The notes under the pieces were generated by a model. That model did no database searches and was not told the origin of the DNA. It saw nothing but the letters and a program-made list of their open reading frames with translations. This document shows, piece by piece, positions 22,222 through 35,479 of a DNA stretch of 64,000 nt. How positions within the stretch are numbered: the first letter of the stretch is position 1; every line of letters begins with the position of its first letter. This DNA is from Glycera tridactyla. Taxonomy: Eukaryota. The position numbers and the translations under genes were made by a program. The stretch is from contig OZ286472.1 of NCBI GenBank assembly GCA_965644265.1, positions 52,514,001 through 52,578,000 of the forward strand, in the 5' to 3' direction.

Positions 22222-22363
22222 GAATTTTGCAAAAATCTGATTTCTTTAGAAATCTATTTTTGAGAAAGGACATAAAGTAGTGGCTGTTAGTTTCAAACAC
22301 GCTCACTAGGTGGTAGGATCTCTCCCTTAGGGGACTATTTTGTGTCCAGAATTTTGCAAAAAT
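22222..22363 (+). repeat. B1 (22222-22236), A2 (22237-22346), B2 (22349-22363) of N4
   Basis: B = gaattttgcaaaaat (15 bp) on both sides of a perfect copy of A1. Confidence 0.85.
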
Positions 22364-25119
22364 GTACCTCATGACCAAATTTACGCTAACCAACTTGATC
22401 TTGATACGTTCAGCGTCGTCAATTTCCGCCACTGCTTGTTTGTAAACAATTACGATTACGAGGATATAGCAGACGAGATCCTTCCACTTGCAGTCTTGAA
22501 ACTGGATCTCTTAGTTCTCAATCTTGGATCCAATTACCTTACACGTTGGGATATAGAACCACAATCATTGGCTAAAGATTATTTCGATCTTGCCGTCAGG
22601 ATCAGGAAGGCATGTAAGGTAAAGATGGTTGTGCTTATGTCTTGTGTGGATCGCTTGGTAGGTCATCCTAATTTCAGACAGCGTGCTGCTATCTTCAATA
22701 AGTTTACAGAACAAAACTGCGATGGTGTTCTAGGCGTGGATTTTTACCATGTCCGTGGTTTCGGTTCCTTCATGGAAGGCGTTCCTCCCACTGGGAAGAC
22801 ATGGAGCAGAGACTGGATTCATCCAGAAAAACATTCGCTCGGTACACAAAAGAGATGCGCCAGACGGCACTTACCAGTTTGCCTTCTTTAGGCTGGGTCG
22901 TCCGCAGCATTAACAGGAGCTATTAATGGAAGTGAGCAACCTTGACTGACAGACGACAAGGGAAGGGGGGTGGGGGAGAAGAGGGACGGATTTTACTTTC
23001 TGTTCGTTTGGTACAATGCCTGTCGTTTACCACCTTTTGATTTAGGGTTATTACATTGTTATTTTATATCATACTTATTTTTTCTCATGCTTATTTTCCG
23101 AAATTCTGTCTCGCCCTCAATATTTTCAGATGGCGAAGCGCATTTGTTCTGACGATTTTACCGGCCTCCACAAAAAAACGGCGACCATGGGCCATCCTCC
23201 TGATGCCAGTGTTTTCCATCCTGCAACTCAGGTAACTTACGACCCCTATACTGAACTATTATCGAATCATACGATGCCTGTCGTATCTGCTCATGACTTA
23301 TCTCCAAGTCTAATTCCTTGTGGCCAGACTGTAAATCCATCCCCGCCGAGGATTGCCTGTTCCTGATGCATCTTCAGGCTCTTTAGGTCCCAAGCTCAAT
23401 TATCTCAGATCTGCAGCTAGCAGGGCCTGCTCCATGCCGAATAGGCCATTGTTGAGTGGTATCAGAAGACCGGTATCTAATGCTTGTTATAGCACTTACA
23501 ATCATCCTGCATATGAACTCATTTGAAATTGCACTGTTACCAATGCAAATGTATCAGACACTGCACGATGTGCATCAGGAATTTAAGGTTACCATGGACT
23601 TTGCCATGCAATAAATGGCCACTATGAGTTCTGCAATGCAAAATATGCAGTCCAGGCTGGACAGATTATCTAACTGCCCTTCTCAAGGATCCGTTCAACG
23701 GTCGTCTGACTCGTTAACAGCACCACCAGGAGGTATGTTTGTTTGTTTGTTTGTTTAAGTTTAACGTCACTTAAACCCACTTGGGTTATATCGGACTGAA
23801 AAAACTGAAAATGCTGAAGAAAAGAGTCACTGCCTGCCGGGGGCCATCCCTACTCTGCGAAAGACAGCAGTGGATCTTTAACGTGCGTCAAGGAAAAGAC
23901 TCCTATCAGCACGGCCGGCCTTTGATATCCCAGTCGGCATGCACTGGGTTAGCATGCACACGATTCATATTTGTCTAAATATTCCCAATTCATGCAAATA
24001 ATCAAATATGTCTGTTGGATCGATTTTCATGAAAAGTTGCGTCATATTTTCAACATTGTGATACTTTACTCTAGTTTGCGATAGTTTTCTACAGTCGAGC
24101 AATAAATGTTTAACTGTGAGATGGCATCCGCATGCAAAGCAATTAGGATCGCCTTGTTTTTTCAGAAGGTGTGAATGGGTGAGATATGTATGTCCTATCC
24201 TCAGACGGGAAAGTACTATCTCCTCTCTTCTATTCATAGTTCTCACAGGAAATCTGTCCTCAAGTTTTGGTCTGATGTGATATAATTTATTTTGCTTTTT
24301 GGTTCCCTATTCATTCTGCCAGAGTTGGTCAATATAGAGCTTTATTCTTGGTTTGAAGTCAGAATAATGGATTTCCATCTCAGTGACTGGCAAACCTAGA
24401 GCCCTTTTGGCCGCTTTATCCGCTGCCTCATTTCCAGGAATTCCGATATGGCTCGGAATCCAGCAAAGTCTAACAGTCTTTTGATGATCTTTGATTTTTT
24501 TATACTCTTGCAAGATTTGCAAGAGTATACAGTTCCTGAGATTTCCCTGCAAGGCCTGCAGAGATGACAGGGAGTCTGTGAAAATTATGAATTTTTGTTT
24601 TTGTGACCTTGATAAGTATTTGAAAGCCATTAGTAAGGCCCTCAGTTCAGCTGAGAACACTGTTGACCAATCAGGTAATCTGCATGCATAGGAATTTTCT
24701 TCCTAATTCTACACATGCTGGTGTTCCCACACTTTTTTCCGAAGGATACTGATGAATGCTTATCTAATCGGCCTCCTAACTTGTGGAGACCTCACTTAAT
24801 TGGGAAGTCTCAATTGGGGGGAGGGAGACCTGACCTTACGCACAATATAACTGACGTTAACAGACAGACGGTCAACCCGACGCACACTCCTTTTGCTACG
24901 AGCTTACCTTCTATTTACCCTGACGTGCATTCTCATATGGACAACCCTTTGAACAACCATAACACAACGGTTGTTGATTATAGTAATGAAAATGTACCTT
25001 TGGAAAGAATGCGTCATGGTAGGTCTGCTCGTGAATCTAACGCGTCTTTGTCGTTGCATTCAGCAGCTAACGATGCGGGTTTCCGTGACTCGAGTGTTAC
25101 AGGCCCTTCTGCACATAAT
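22364..25119 (+). mobile_element. Host Ngaro H, part 2 (SGNH C-terminal two thirds, gag N-half)
   Basis: VPHDQIYANQLDLDTF...NLGSN...DWIHP; acceptor ttttcag|ATG at 23130 (MAKR...); interrupted by Nimb at 23736-24690; ends at AAT 25117-25119. Confidence 0.8.
23736..24690 (-). mobile_element. 5'-truncated I/Nimb-clade LINE (RNase H, C-terminal zinc knuckle, 3' UTR, (AAAC)n tail)
   Basis: FSAELRAL, IFTDSLS, WIPSHIGIPGNEAADKAAK; RLRIGHTYLTH...CFACGCHLTVKHLLLDC. Confidence 0.9.
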
Positions 25120-28100
25120 TTTATTTCTCGGAAATATCTTTTTGAAGAACGGAAGAAGTTGTGTGCTGCTGTTTTCCTTTTGGTAACGATAGGTGGAGCT
25201 TTAAATATTATGGGAAACGTATGTAACGCAATTTTGAACTATAGTATCAACGGGAAAATGTTCTAGAATTTATTCGACTTGTTTTTGAATATGTATAAAG
25301 TGTTACTTTGTTTACATTAAAAAAATATCTTGTTTCAGGTAGAATTGTTATGTGATCATCTGTGCATGCGCGAACCTATATATACGGGAGACTCGAGAGG
25401 GCTCGGCCATTTTCGGCCAGATCTGCAAGGTGACGATTCTTTCTTAGCTCTTAGCTCTTAGCATGAAGTACTTTAAACCCAAGTACCCATTTGTTCCAAT
25501 TGAACACTGGCTTGGGAGGCAATCTAAAGCGTTGGCTTTGGGACATTTGTTCGTGGCTCACCAAGACCAGGCCCTCTTGGAATTGGCAACTGAAGAGGGT
25601 TATTTGCCCGACATTGAAAGTGGGGTTTTGAGCCGTGGAGCAGTGAATGCCAGGTTGCTGAACCTAAATGAAACGTATTCTGTTGTCAATTTTCGGACAT
25701 GTCCATTCTTTAAAGTATATCCTAACGATGATGCAATCAATGACGAGCTGTTGGCGCTCAACGCTCTGGAACCAGACGTGGTTTTGTCCAATTTTGGGTC
25801 CAACGACCTGGTTCATTCTACAGACAATGCAAATGCATTGGCCGACGCGTTGTTTGACATTGGTGTCGATATCATTGACAGAGGGAAAGCTAAAGTGATC
25901 AATTTTATGGCATGTTTGGATAGGACAGCTGCGCCTAAAGGGTTTAGAGCCGGAGCGCTTGAAACAGCTTGAAGCATCTTGCATCAGTACGTTTGGTTTA
26001 CGTTTCCACAATACAAGTGGTTTTGGACGTCTTGAGGCTTTTACTCCCCGGTCAGTGCATATTTGGAGCCCAGATGGGATACGCCCTAGGAAGAACACGA
26101 AGTACTTTAGAAGGTACACAAATGAGAATGGCTCAACTCACATGTTACCTGAGCTGGGCAGAGTGGTCCGGGGCATTCGCACCAGGCTGGGTCTGGTCTA
26201 AAATGGGATTACCAGTTGTTATTGTTGTTGTTCGGATTGATTTGTTGTTTGTTGTTATGACTTTTTGCTGTGACACGCTTGCTCGGAAAATTTTGACTTT
26301 TAGGTGTCGAAGAGGAAGCTTACGGAGGACGTGGATGATCGTATAAAACGCATGCCAGCTGCTTTGGGAAAAATACCAAGAGGATATACTCCCGTTGATG
26401 GTCATGCAGCTAGCAAGGATCCTTTTCTTGAACTTTTGGGAGGTGCGAGTGCGACACCTATCGCACAGTCACAGGTGAGTGATGACATGTCTCAAATCTC
26501 TTGTGGACAGCGCAGTTCAGACTCATCTGGAGCTGACATATCTGTATCGGGGGGGGGGGGGGGGGGGTCTCAATCTCTGAACCTCATATCGGCTTGGGAA
26601 ACAACATGGACAGATTGAGACGTCATGCCGCCAATGCATGTCCTGTGAACAATAGACATATCTTCACCGGTATAGGGAGACCTGTCCCTAGTGTTGGCAA
26701 CTTTACTTCAGGGTTCGGCAATTTTCCTGGGCAGACTCAAACGCAAACTTTTTCCAATTCTGGTCAGATAGTCAACAATGCTCCTTTTACTTTGCATAGG
26801 CCTTACGCTGATAGTCTACGGGAGAATTTGAAAGCCTCGTTGGTTTCTGCAACGCAGCAGATGGACAACTTGTCAAAGATTATGTCGGACATCCAGACCA
26901 GAATCGACCATCTGGAAAGTTCACCAGCAGGTCCTGCAAGTGCTAGTGGGTTCGCTCCTACGAATCTGCCTTCATCTCAAGGTAATCATATTTCACATCC
27001 TCATAATGTTGGCGTTCAGACAAGCAGTTTGTCTGACCAGGATGAACGTCGGGGCACAGGGAGTGTATGTGCTTCACAGCGAGGGTTTCTGAGCAATGTG
27101 GGTGTCACAGCGACTTCAGACGGACAGACGGACAAAAATTTTCAAAATAATTTAGCTAATCATTTCAGAATGGATTTAGATGACCGCATACGGACAAACA
27201 GATTTCAACCAAATAGTGGTCTTCAGTTTTGAACCCTGGACTCGGTTTCAGATGATCAATATGCCATTGCTAATGGGTCTCAATTGCCTAGCGCTAGAGC
27301 AGCGAATAATGTGTCTACTTTTCACTTGCTTGAGAACATGAGGCGTGGTATGGCAGATAGAGGCGACGCTCGTCTGCTGCCTTTATGCGTGCAGCTGAAC
27401 AAGCTGGTATACGCAATCTGTTGCAGGATGAAATTCCGTCTGCTCAGCAGACAGGGGTGGCTTTGTTTGATGTTTCTGAGTCAAGGAAAGTAATCACGGC
27501 GGGGCTCCCCATAGGGTTTTGTGTAGATCTCCAAACGTAGGATCGACGTGTGGCAAGATAGGTGCGTCGATCTTGCAGAATTGCTACAACCAGCTAAAAT
27601 CTCAAATCCTGAATACAAAGTTGATGGGAGAACTGGTCATTTTGTTTTGGCGAAACGAAGAAAGGCTATTGAAAATATTCATGATTGGGACCAGGCATTT
27701 TTGGTATATCAGGCTATCTATTCACAGCACCCTTTCAAGAGTTTACAGCGGAAGGCTAAGGAAGGCTTAGATATGCTTACTCATATCAATGAGGTGAGGG
27801 ATATCACGTCTAAAGGAGGGAATTTTCTCTTTCACGACGAGAATTTTAGAGCTTTATGTGCGCAGATGGCGGACCCATTTCTGTGGTCCACCTTTCATGT
27901 AGACTTGCACCAGAAATGCTGGAAGGCGGATGTGGTTCAGAGTAACAATGTTCAATCAGATGACAGTGGAGGCGGTACCAAAGTACCCAAAGGTGTGTGC
28001 CAGTTGTACAATGCTCAGGGGAAGAGACGTCTCTTCCCCAACTGTATATTTAAGCACATTTGCGCATCTTGTACAGGCATTATCCTGCTTATGCATGCAG

Positions 28101-31100
28101 GACTCCTTCCAATGGCACAGGATATCAGGGTGGTCAGAAGCAAAGACCTACATCAGGTGGTGACGCCAGTAAACCCACGCAAGCTTGATTCTTACTTTGA
28201 GGGATTTAACTTAGGTGAGAGACATTATTTAGTACATGGTTTTACTTTCGGGTTCAAGATCGGTTTTGTTGGAATCTCTCCAGCTTATTGAGGCAGGAAT
28301 GCTCTGTCTATTCATCAAAACGTAATTGAAATTGGCAATGTAAACAGGCTCACATTTGTAAGTCCGATATAAAGTCAGCGTTTTGTGTTGTTCCGGTGTC
28401 GCCAGAAGATTTTCACTCAATGGGGCTTAGACTGGGTTCTGATTATTATATCAACAGATGTTTGGCGATGGGGGCTAGATCTTCTTGCAGGATTTTTGAA
28501 CGTTTTTCTTGTGGGATTCAGTGGATATGTAATAGCAAGTCAGGAATATCGAGAATGTCCCATATGATAGATGATTTTTGTATAGTTGCGGAAGGTGAAC
28601 AAGAGTGTAAGCATCAGCTTTCAGTTTTTCAAGATTTTTGTAAAGAAGTAGGCATCCCCTTATGTCCAAAGAAAACGGAACTTCCAAACAGAACGATGTC
28701 ATTTTTAGGCGTAGAAATTGATGTGAAGAGGGGATATGCGCACATTCCCCAGGATATGCGCACATTCCCCAGGATAAATTATCCAAGTACGCTTCCATTA
28801 TAGATGAAATTCTTTCATCTCATGTTTGTACCTTTGGAACCATTCGTTCACTTGTGGGGAAGCTGAACTGGAGCACATCCCTTGTACCAGTGGGGAAATC
28901 TTTGACGCTATTGACGGATGATTGACGCTACTAAGGGTTTTTACAACCCGGCACATCTTATTCCTTTTACGGAGGAATTACGTCAGGATTTGACCATGTG
29001 GAAATCGTTTTTAGATTAATACAAAGGGTATTCATTCTTGAGAAATGTGACTCTCAGACGACATGAACCGGAGCATTTATTTGCAGATGCTTCCAAGTTG
29101 GGAGCAGGGGTGGTATTCCGGAATTCATGGTTCTATTTAGAATTTCCGCCATCTTGGCAACTGTTGAACATAGCAGTGCCAGAATTCTATCTAATTCTGG
29201 CTGCTTTAGTTATCTTCAGATTATCCTTGAGACATAAACGTATTATTATGCATAGCGATAACATGGCGTGTTGGAGGTGTTGAATCATCATTCGGCTAAA
29301 GATAAAAGACTTATGAACTTCATTAGACGCATAATGTTATTTACATTATTAATTGATATTGACTTTCAAGCAGTTCACGTACCGGGGATTGAGAATTGCA
29401 TACCTGACAGGATCTTCCGATCAAATGTTTCTCAGGACGAACTCAGGGAGGCAGTGCTGGCAGTGCATCCAGTACCGGTACCGATGGAATACAATCCGAT
29501 GTTTTGCGCACCACTGTAGATCGTTTGGTTGACGATTCATTTGCGAAAGGAACTCTTGTCATCTATAACAATGTCTGGCTTGAATTTTGTAATTTTGTTC
29601 GGGATTCTCATTTTCCTTGGGATTATGAAGTGATTACATTGTATGTAGCATGGTTGCACCACAAAGGGTTGAAATCTACATCTCACGGCTTGAAGTCGGC
29701 TAACAAGCCTCATTGGTGCAAACATTACCTTGTGAGTCGGATGTTGTTTGCTTTGGGAAAAGCTGATAAATCTTCGGATAAAAGAGTGGGAGTAGATTTA
29801 TCGCTTTTGGAGAAACTGATCGGAGCGGTTTTTGAGCTGCTTGATAATTCTTTCGATGCATGGCTCATAAGCGTTATGTTTGCTTGGGCTTATGAGGCGT
29901 GTGAGTACGCTGAGATAGTGTCCAGTGATCACGTTTTGAATTTAGGAGATATCGAGAAGGCTTATGAACGAGGAGTTACAGGGCTTCAAAATAACTTTTC
30001 GTTCATATAAGTTTTCTTCTGGAGAAAAGAGGTTTGTCATTAACCGGGAAAACAATCGGGAGGTTTTGCCCTGTTGATTTAATGGTGTCATACCTTTCTA
30101 TCAGGGGGGACCAGGATGGACCACTTTTTCTCAGAAACGGCAGGGTAGTATCCAGTCAATTTGTAAACAAATGGCTGAAGACAGTGGGTGATTTAGTGCT
30201 GGGTGAAGGACACACATTAGCGACACATTCTTTTCGGATTGGTCGTTGCTTGGATTGGGCAGCCGAAGGCTGTTCAGACGAGAAAATTCGCATCATGGGG
30301 CGATGGTCGTCGTCTGCGTTTAGGTCATATGTACATCCTAAAATAGTTAGCTTGTGGGGGCCGCCTGTTATGTATTAGTGTTGTGGGGCAGGCGTCCTTG
30401 CTTTGATAGTCGGTAGTGTTAATTTCCTATCCGGATACTGCTGACTTAAGATTCGACAAATGTCCTGAAACTTAACATGTGTTTACGCTATCATCCATTT
30501 CCTCTGTGAAAAGCTTGTATAATGGGGGGAGGGTTTTTGAAAATAAAATTGTTATTTTGTGTCTCTGATGTTCTGTTCTACACATGTGTCTCAATTACAA
30601 CATTCATTCACATTTATTGAGCTCTGGTTCATCCTAGGATCTGGTCTTAGGATTGGTTGACATCCTAAGCAGACTTATGGCTTAGGATCTATTGGCATCC
30701 TAAGTGTTTGCTTAGGATTGGTTTCTGTCTTAAGTTGTCTTAAGAAGGTTTACATGACATGCTTTGGTGTTTCACACCTTTGTCGAGCTGATTAATTTTC
30801 GATGCAATTCTTGCATCTTGGTGTGGGCAACATTCTTGCCCTGGTATCGACTATAAGTCTGGTACATTGTGCCTCAAGGCACTGCTTTGGATTAAGGTCA
30901 AAATTACAGCCATTATGGCTTTGTAGTGCCTTGAGGCATATGTGTAAACAAGATATGAGCCAAACATGTTTGTTACATCAGTGTTCTTTTGTCCTTGAAA
31001 TACTGGCCATCGAGATAGATAATACTTGGCAATCGCAAACTTATGTTGAAGTATGAAAGTGGCTGAATGAAAGTTGGAGCAAATGACAAGGGAGTAATCA

Positions 31101-31127
31101 ACATCCTCATGGAGATTTTGCAAAAAT
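25120..31127 (+). mobile_element. Near full-length Ngaro copy N6 (frameshifted), ending at B1 and lacking A2-B2
   Basis: A-like start after AAT, 257 nt upstream of TATA 25377 (same as N4); SGNH 25463-~26200; gag from 26304; RT/RH ~28130-29520; YR 29504-~30350; ends gattttgcaaaaat at 31127. Confidence 0.88.
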
Positions 31128-34090
31128 GTGGTTTCACGGATCAAGAGATTTGCCTTAGTCTAGATCCCAACTCTCGCAACATTGCTACTGGTGGCTTGCC
31201 CATTGGTTTCTCTGTTGAATTGGATGTCAGAATTAACATCTGGCAAGACAGTATATAGACCCCACCGAGCTTCTGGAAACTGAAAAAATTTCCCACCAAC
31301 ATTACGTTGTTGATGTCTAAAAAGAGGAAAATTATCAGGAATATTCACGATTAGGATGAGGCCTTAATTTTTCAACACATTTATCATCAACACCCCCTTA
31401 AGTCACAAGAACAGAAGGCTAATGAGGGTATTCAGCTTTTGGCCTATGTTTCTGAGATTTGGGAAATATTCTGTACTATGATGAAAACTTTCGTACTTTA
31501 GGAGCCCAGGTGCGTGTTCCATTCCCATGGGATACATTCCACGTCGTTCTCCGCCAGAAAGCCATGAAGTCATCATCCCCACCTGAATAACTCGGGAAAA
31601 CAAATTTCTGGTAAAATCGGAAAACCAAAATTACAGAAGGGTTTCTATCAGTGCTATCATGCACAGGACAAGGAGTGCATGTTCTCCAAATGCACATAGG
31701 CATTTTTGCCCTGTTTGTGATGGCAAGCACCCTGTTTATCTGTGCCGGACTGACAGCTCTGGAAACTCAGAAAAATCAGATTTCACAAGGAAAAATCAGC
31801 TCCTAACAGTGACGCCAATCAACCATCGACGCCTGAATGAATTTTTACATGGTTTTTCTCAAGGTGAGGTAGTTTATCTCATTAACGGTTTCAAATTCGG
31901 ATTCGATATTGGATTTGTTGGCTCATCTCCTGCATATCGAACAAAAAATCCTACCTCTTTAGAAAATCTCTATCAAGAGGTTTGTTTGTTTATTTGTTTG
32001 TTTGTTTAAGTTTAACGTCACTCAAACCCACTTGGGTTATATCGGACTGAAAAAACTGAAAATGCTGAAGAAAAGAGTCACTGCCTGCCGGGGGCCATCC
32101 CTACTCTTTGCAAAAGACAGCAGTGGATCTTTAACGTGCGTCAAGGAAAAGACTCCTATCAGCACGGCCGGCCTTTGATATCCCAGTTGGCATGCACTGG
32201 GTTAGCATGCACACGATTCATATTTGTCTAAATATTCCCAATTCATGCAAATAATCAAATGTGTCTGTTGGATCGATTTTCATGGAAAGTTGCATCATAT
32301 TTTCAATATTGTAATACTTAACTCTAGTTTGCGATAGTTTTCTACAGTCGAGCAATAAATGTTTAACTGTGAGATGGCATCCGCATGCAAAGCAATTAGG
32401 ATTGCCTTGTTTTTTCAGAAGGTGTGAATGGGTGAGATATGTATGTCCTATCCTCAGACGGGAAAGTACTATCTCCTCTCTTCTATTCATAGTTCTCACA
32501 GGGAATCTGTCCTCAAGTTTTGGTCTGATGCGATATAATTTATTTCGCTTTTTGGTTCCCCATTCATTCTGCCAGAGTTGGTCAATATAGAGCTTTATTC
32601 TTGGTTTGAAGTCAGAATAATGGATTGCTCATGATCTCATCATGAAGGACGTTTGCTTTGGGCCGCATCGCAGGGCCATTTTCGGACCCTCCTTTTCCCA
32701 ACATACAAATATCACCTATATCATTTGTTCCGAAAAAGGTTCCAGGCACTTCCCATCTTATACACAACTTATCTGCGCCCTACAATCATCTTTCTGTGAA
32801 TTTCCACATTCCAGATAGTGAGGCCTCTGTGCAATACACTACTGTTTTTTCTGTTATTAAATTCATTATTGCTTCAGGAAAATCTGCTTTCATATGCGAA
32901 ACACATATCAAATCTGTCTTTAGAATAATTCCTATTCACCACAGCCAATTTCGTCTCATAGGTATTAGGTAACGTATACTTTATTAATAAATGCCTCGCT
33001 ATGGGTGGCAGGTCTTTCTGTCGTATCTTTGAAAGGCTATCCTCCGCCATTCAATGGATTTGTCAACATCAGTTGAACATTCCTCACGTTTCTCATATGA
33101 TTGACGACTTCTGCTTTGTTGGCAATGGTTATGATGAATGTTCGAACCATCTACATGCTTTTCAACACTATTGTTCTTATGTCGGCATTCCGCTCTGTCC
33201 CAATTGAATGTGCGTGAGGGTTTCGCTAAGATACCCCATGATAATCTTCGAAAATATGCTGGGGAAATCGATGACATTTTGTCAGCAAAGCAGGTCTCTT
33301 TGGAGTACTCAGATCACTCATTGGAAAACTCAATCGGGCTACCTCTCTCATTAAACCTGGAAAATCCTTTTTTTACGAGGCCTCATTAATTCATCACGTG
33401 GTTTTCGTAACCCTGCCTGTTTGGTTCCTTTCACCGAGGAGCAATATTATGATTTGGAAATGTGGAAGGAATTTCTGGAAAACTAGAATGGTTTCTCTTT
33501 CTTGAGAGAGATCACCCGGAGCAATCAAGAAGTGGAGCAAATTTCATCAGACGCTTGCAAGCGAGGGGCTGGAGTAGTTTACCATAACCTTAGGCTTTGC
33601 ATGGAATTTTCCGGTGTTTGGTCTGAGCAGAACATTGCTTACCTTGAGTTCTATCCACTATTGGTCGCTCTCATGTCTTTTTGCTTGTCTTTGACACATA
33701 AACAAGTTATCTTTCATTGTGATAACATTGAGGTGGTCGATGTCGTTAACAAAAAATCCGCCAAAAACCATGATCTCATGCACATCATGCGTCATATCAC
33801 CCTTTTTGCCTTGCATAATGATATTGATTTCTCTGCTGTACATATTGCTGGTGTTGAAAATGTGATACCTGGCCTAATTTCACGTAACAAATGTTTGCAG
33901 GAAAAGCTGAGAGAAGCGGGACTGGCCATACATCCCATCAAGATCGCCGATCACCTCAACCCCACAAACTGTGGCCTATGGTAGACAACCTCGTATATAG
34001 TTCACTTGGGCTGAGTTTCGCGCTTTTGTTTCGGAGGTAGGCATCTCTATTTCTCAAGACGCAGTGGCTCTTTATATCGCGTCTTTACAT
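31128..34090 (+). mobile_element. Host Ngaro H, part 3 (gag C-half, RT/RH, YR N-terminus)
   Basis: TGGLPIG, WQD, HFCPVCDGKH, VTPINHRRL, HMIDDF, SSDACK, FHCDN; YR start MVDNLVYSS at ~33978. Confidence 0.8.
31983..32626 (-). mobile_element. Second 5'-truncated I/Nimb LINE copy inserted in the RT of H
   Basis: Highly similar to 23736-24370. Removing it rejoins ...YQEV|AHDLIMKD..., matching N4 ...WEVAHRLV... Confidence 0.9.
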
Positions 34091-34399
34091 CATAACGTCA
34101 TACATCATACATCTATATCTGCTATGTTATCGCATTCGGTGTTTATTTGCCGCATTTCAAATACCATTTTCCTACCTGCCAATCTTCACATATCTACTAA
34201 TCCTTTCCCTCTCTCCAGTCTCTATCTTGTATTGTGTTCTGGGTACCAATTGTATGGTACACTAATAGGACGATATGGTACATGTACCTCCTTAGAGTGT
34301 TGAAGCAATAAAATAAAAAAATAAAAAAACACACTCAGAAACACTTTGGGTCAAGCTATCGCTGCCGCATACTAGGCTAATGTACATATCTGTCATATA

Positions 34400-35360
34400 T
34401 CGTCGGTGTTGATGTTGGTCACCGCCTTGACTCTGAAACCTACTCAGATATCTCATTGATGGGTGATGTCAACATTGATCTGCATAAAAACTCACCTGCA
34501 TCTAACAAACCGAAACGCCTAGGACACCTGTTTTTCCTTATACAATCAATCTCAGGATCGACAAGAGCTACCTTGGAAACCTCAACGATCATTGATCATA
34601 TATGGGTAAATAATGAGGGCCAATTTTCACATTCTGGCACTTTGGATCCGGGTCTGAGTGACCACTTTCTGGTCTTTGTATTTCGGCAGCGCCCCAGATT
34701 AAGCCAAGAGAGAGAACGTTTCTCATATCACACAAAAAGACATTTGAATCTGGACGCCCTGAATAGAGATCTAGAGGAAAGAAGTAATGACCACGATCTT
34801 GGAAAAAATGCCATGGATGACATTATCTTAAAACTTAATGCCATCTTCACCGCTGTACTTGACAGGCACATGCCAATAATTTACAAAACAAAGCAAATTA
34901 CTACTGCACCTTGGGCAACCGACCTGTATCACACCTGGGTTGATAGACGAATTTATTGGGCTAATCACTTTCCCAAAACAGGCAATGCCAATCATCTGGA
35001 ACGTGAGATTTAGTGTGTTATTAAATGTCAAGATACGAGATCCCACCTTGAGAGGAACTACAATCATGATAGAATCAGGAAGGCCAGTAATGAGAATGAA
35101 AAACTACGGAATGTGTATCGTACCCTCTACCCGAGATCTAAGACAATTGTAACCAATAAAATGAAAATTACGGCCTGCGACACTGATGAAATTGGAGCCA
35201 ATACTCTCAATACTTTCTTCAATGACATTGGGCCTTAATAAGCTGCAGAAATTGATCACTTAGAACCAGATCAACTACCTAACCCGCCCGATAACAAGTT
35301 ACTGTTCAATGATATTGGGGAGGAAGTGATTATGAAAATCATTAAGAAACTAAAAAAGTC
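34400..35360 (+). mobile_element. L2/CR1-type LINE fragment (endonuclease C-half and linker)
   Basis: MGDVNIDL, TRATLETSTIIDHIWVN, GLSDHFLVF; later LNTFFNDIG. Confidence 0.8.
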
Positions 35361-35479
35361 AGGTGCCCGAGCAGAAGACCTTTCTCGAACAACTACATCT
35401 GCCTAGCAGTCCAAAGGTTGACCAAACCTATCTCGAAGATTATCAACACGTGCATCCGTTCTCAAGTCTTTCCAACAAG

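Larger units (their letters stand above)
15822..22363 (+). mobile_element. Intact full-length Ngaro-type YR retrotransposon N4 (6542 bp)
   Basis: Four uninterrupted ORFs; split direct repeats A1/B1-A2-B2; AAT at both junctions; the flanks rejoin into an in-frame SGNH ORF of element H. Confidence 0.93.
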
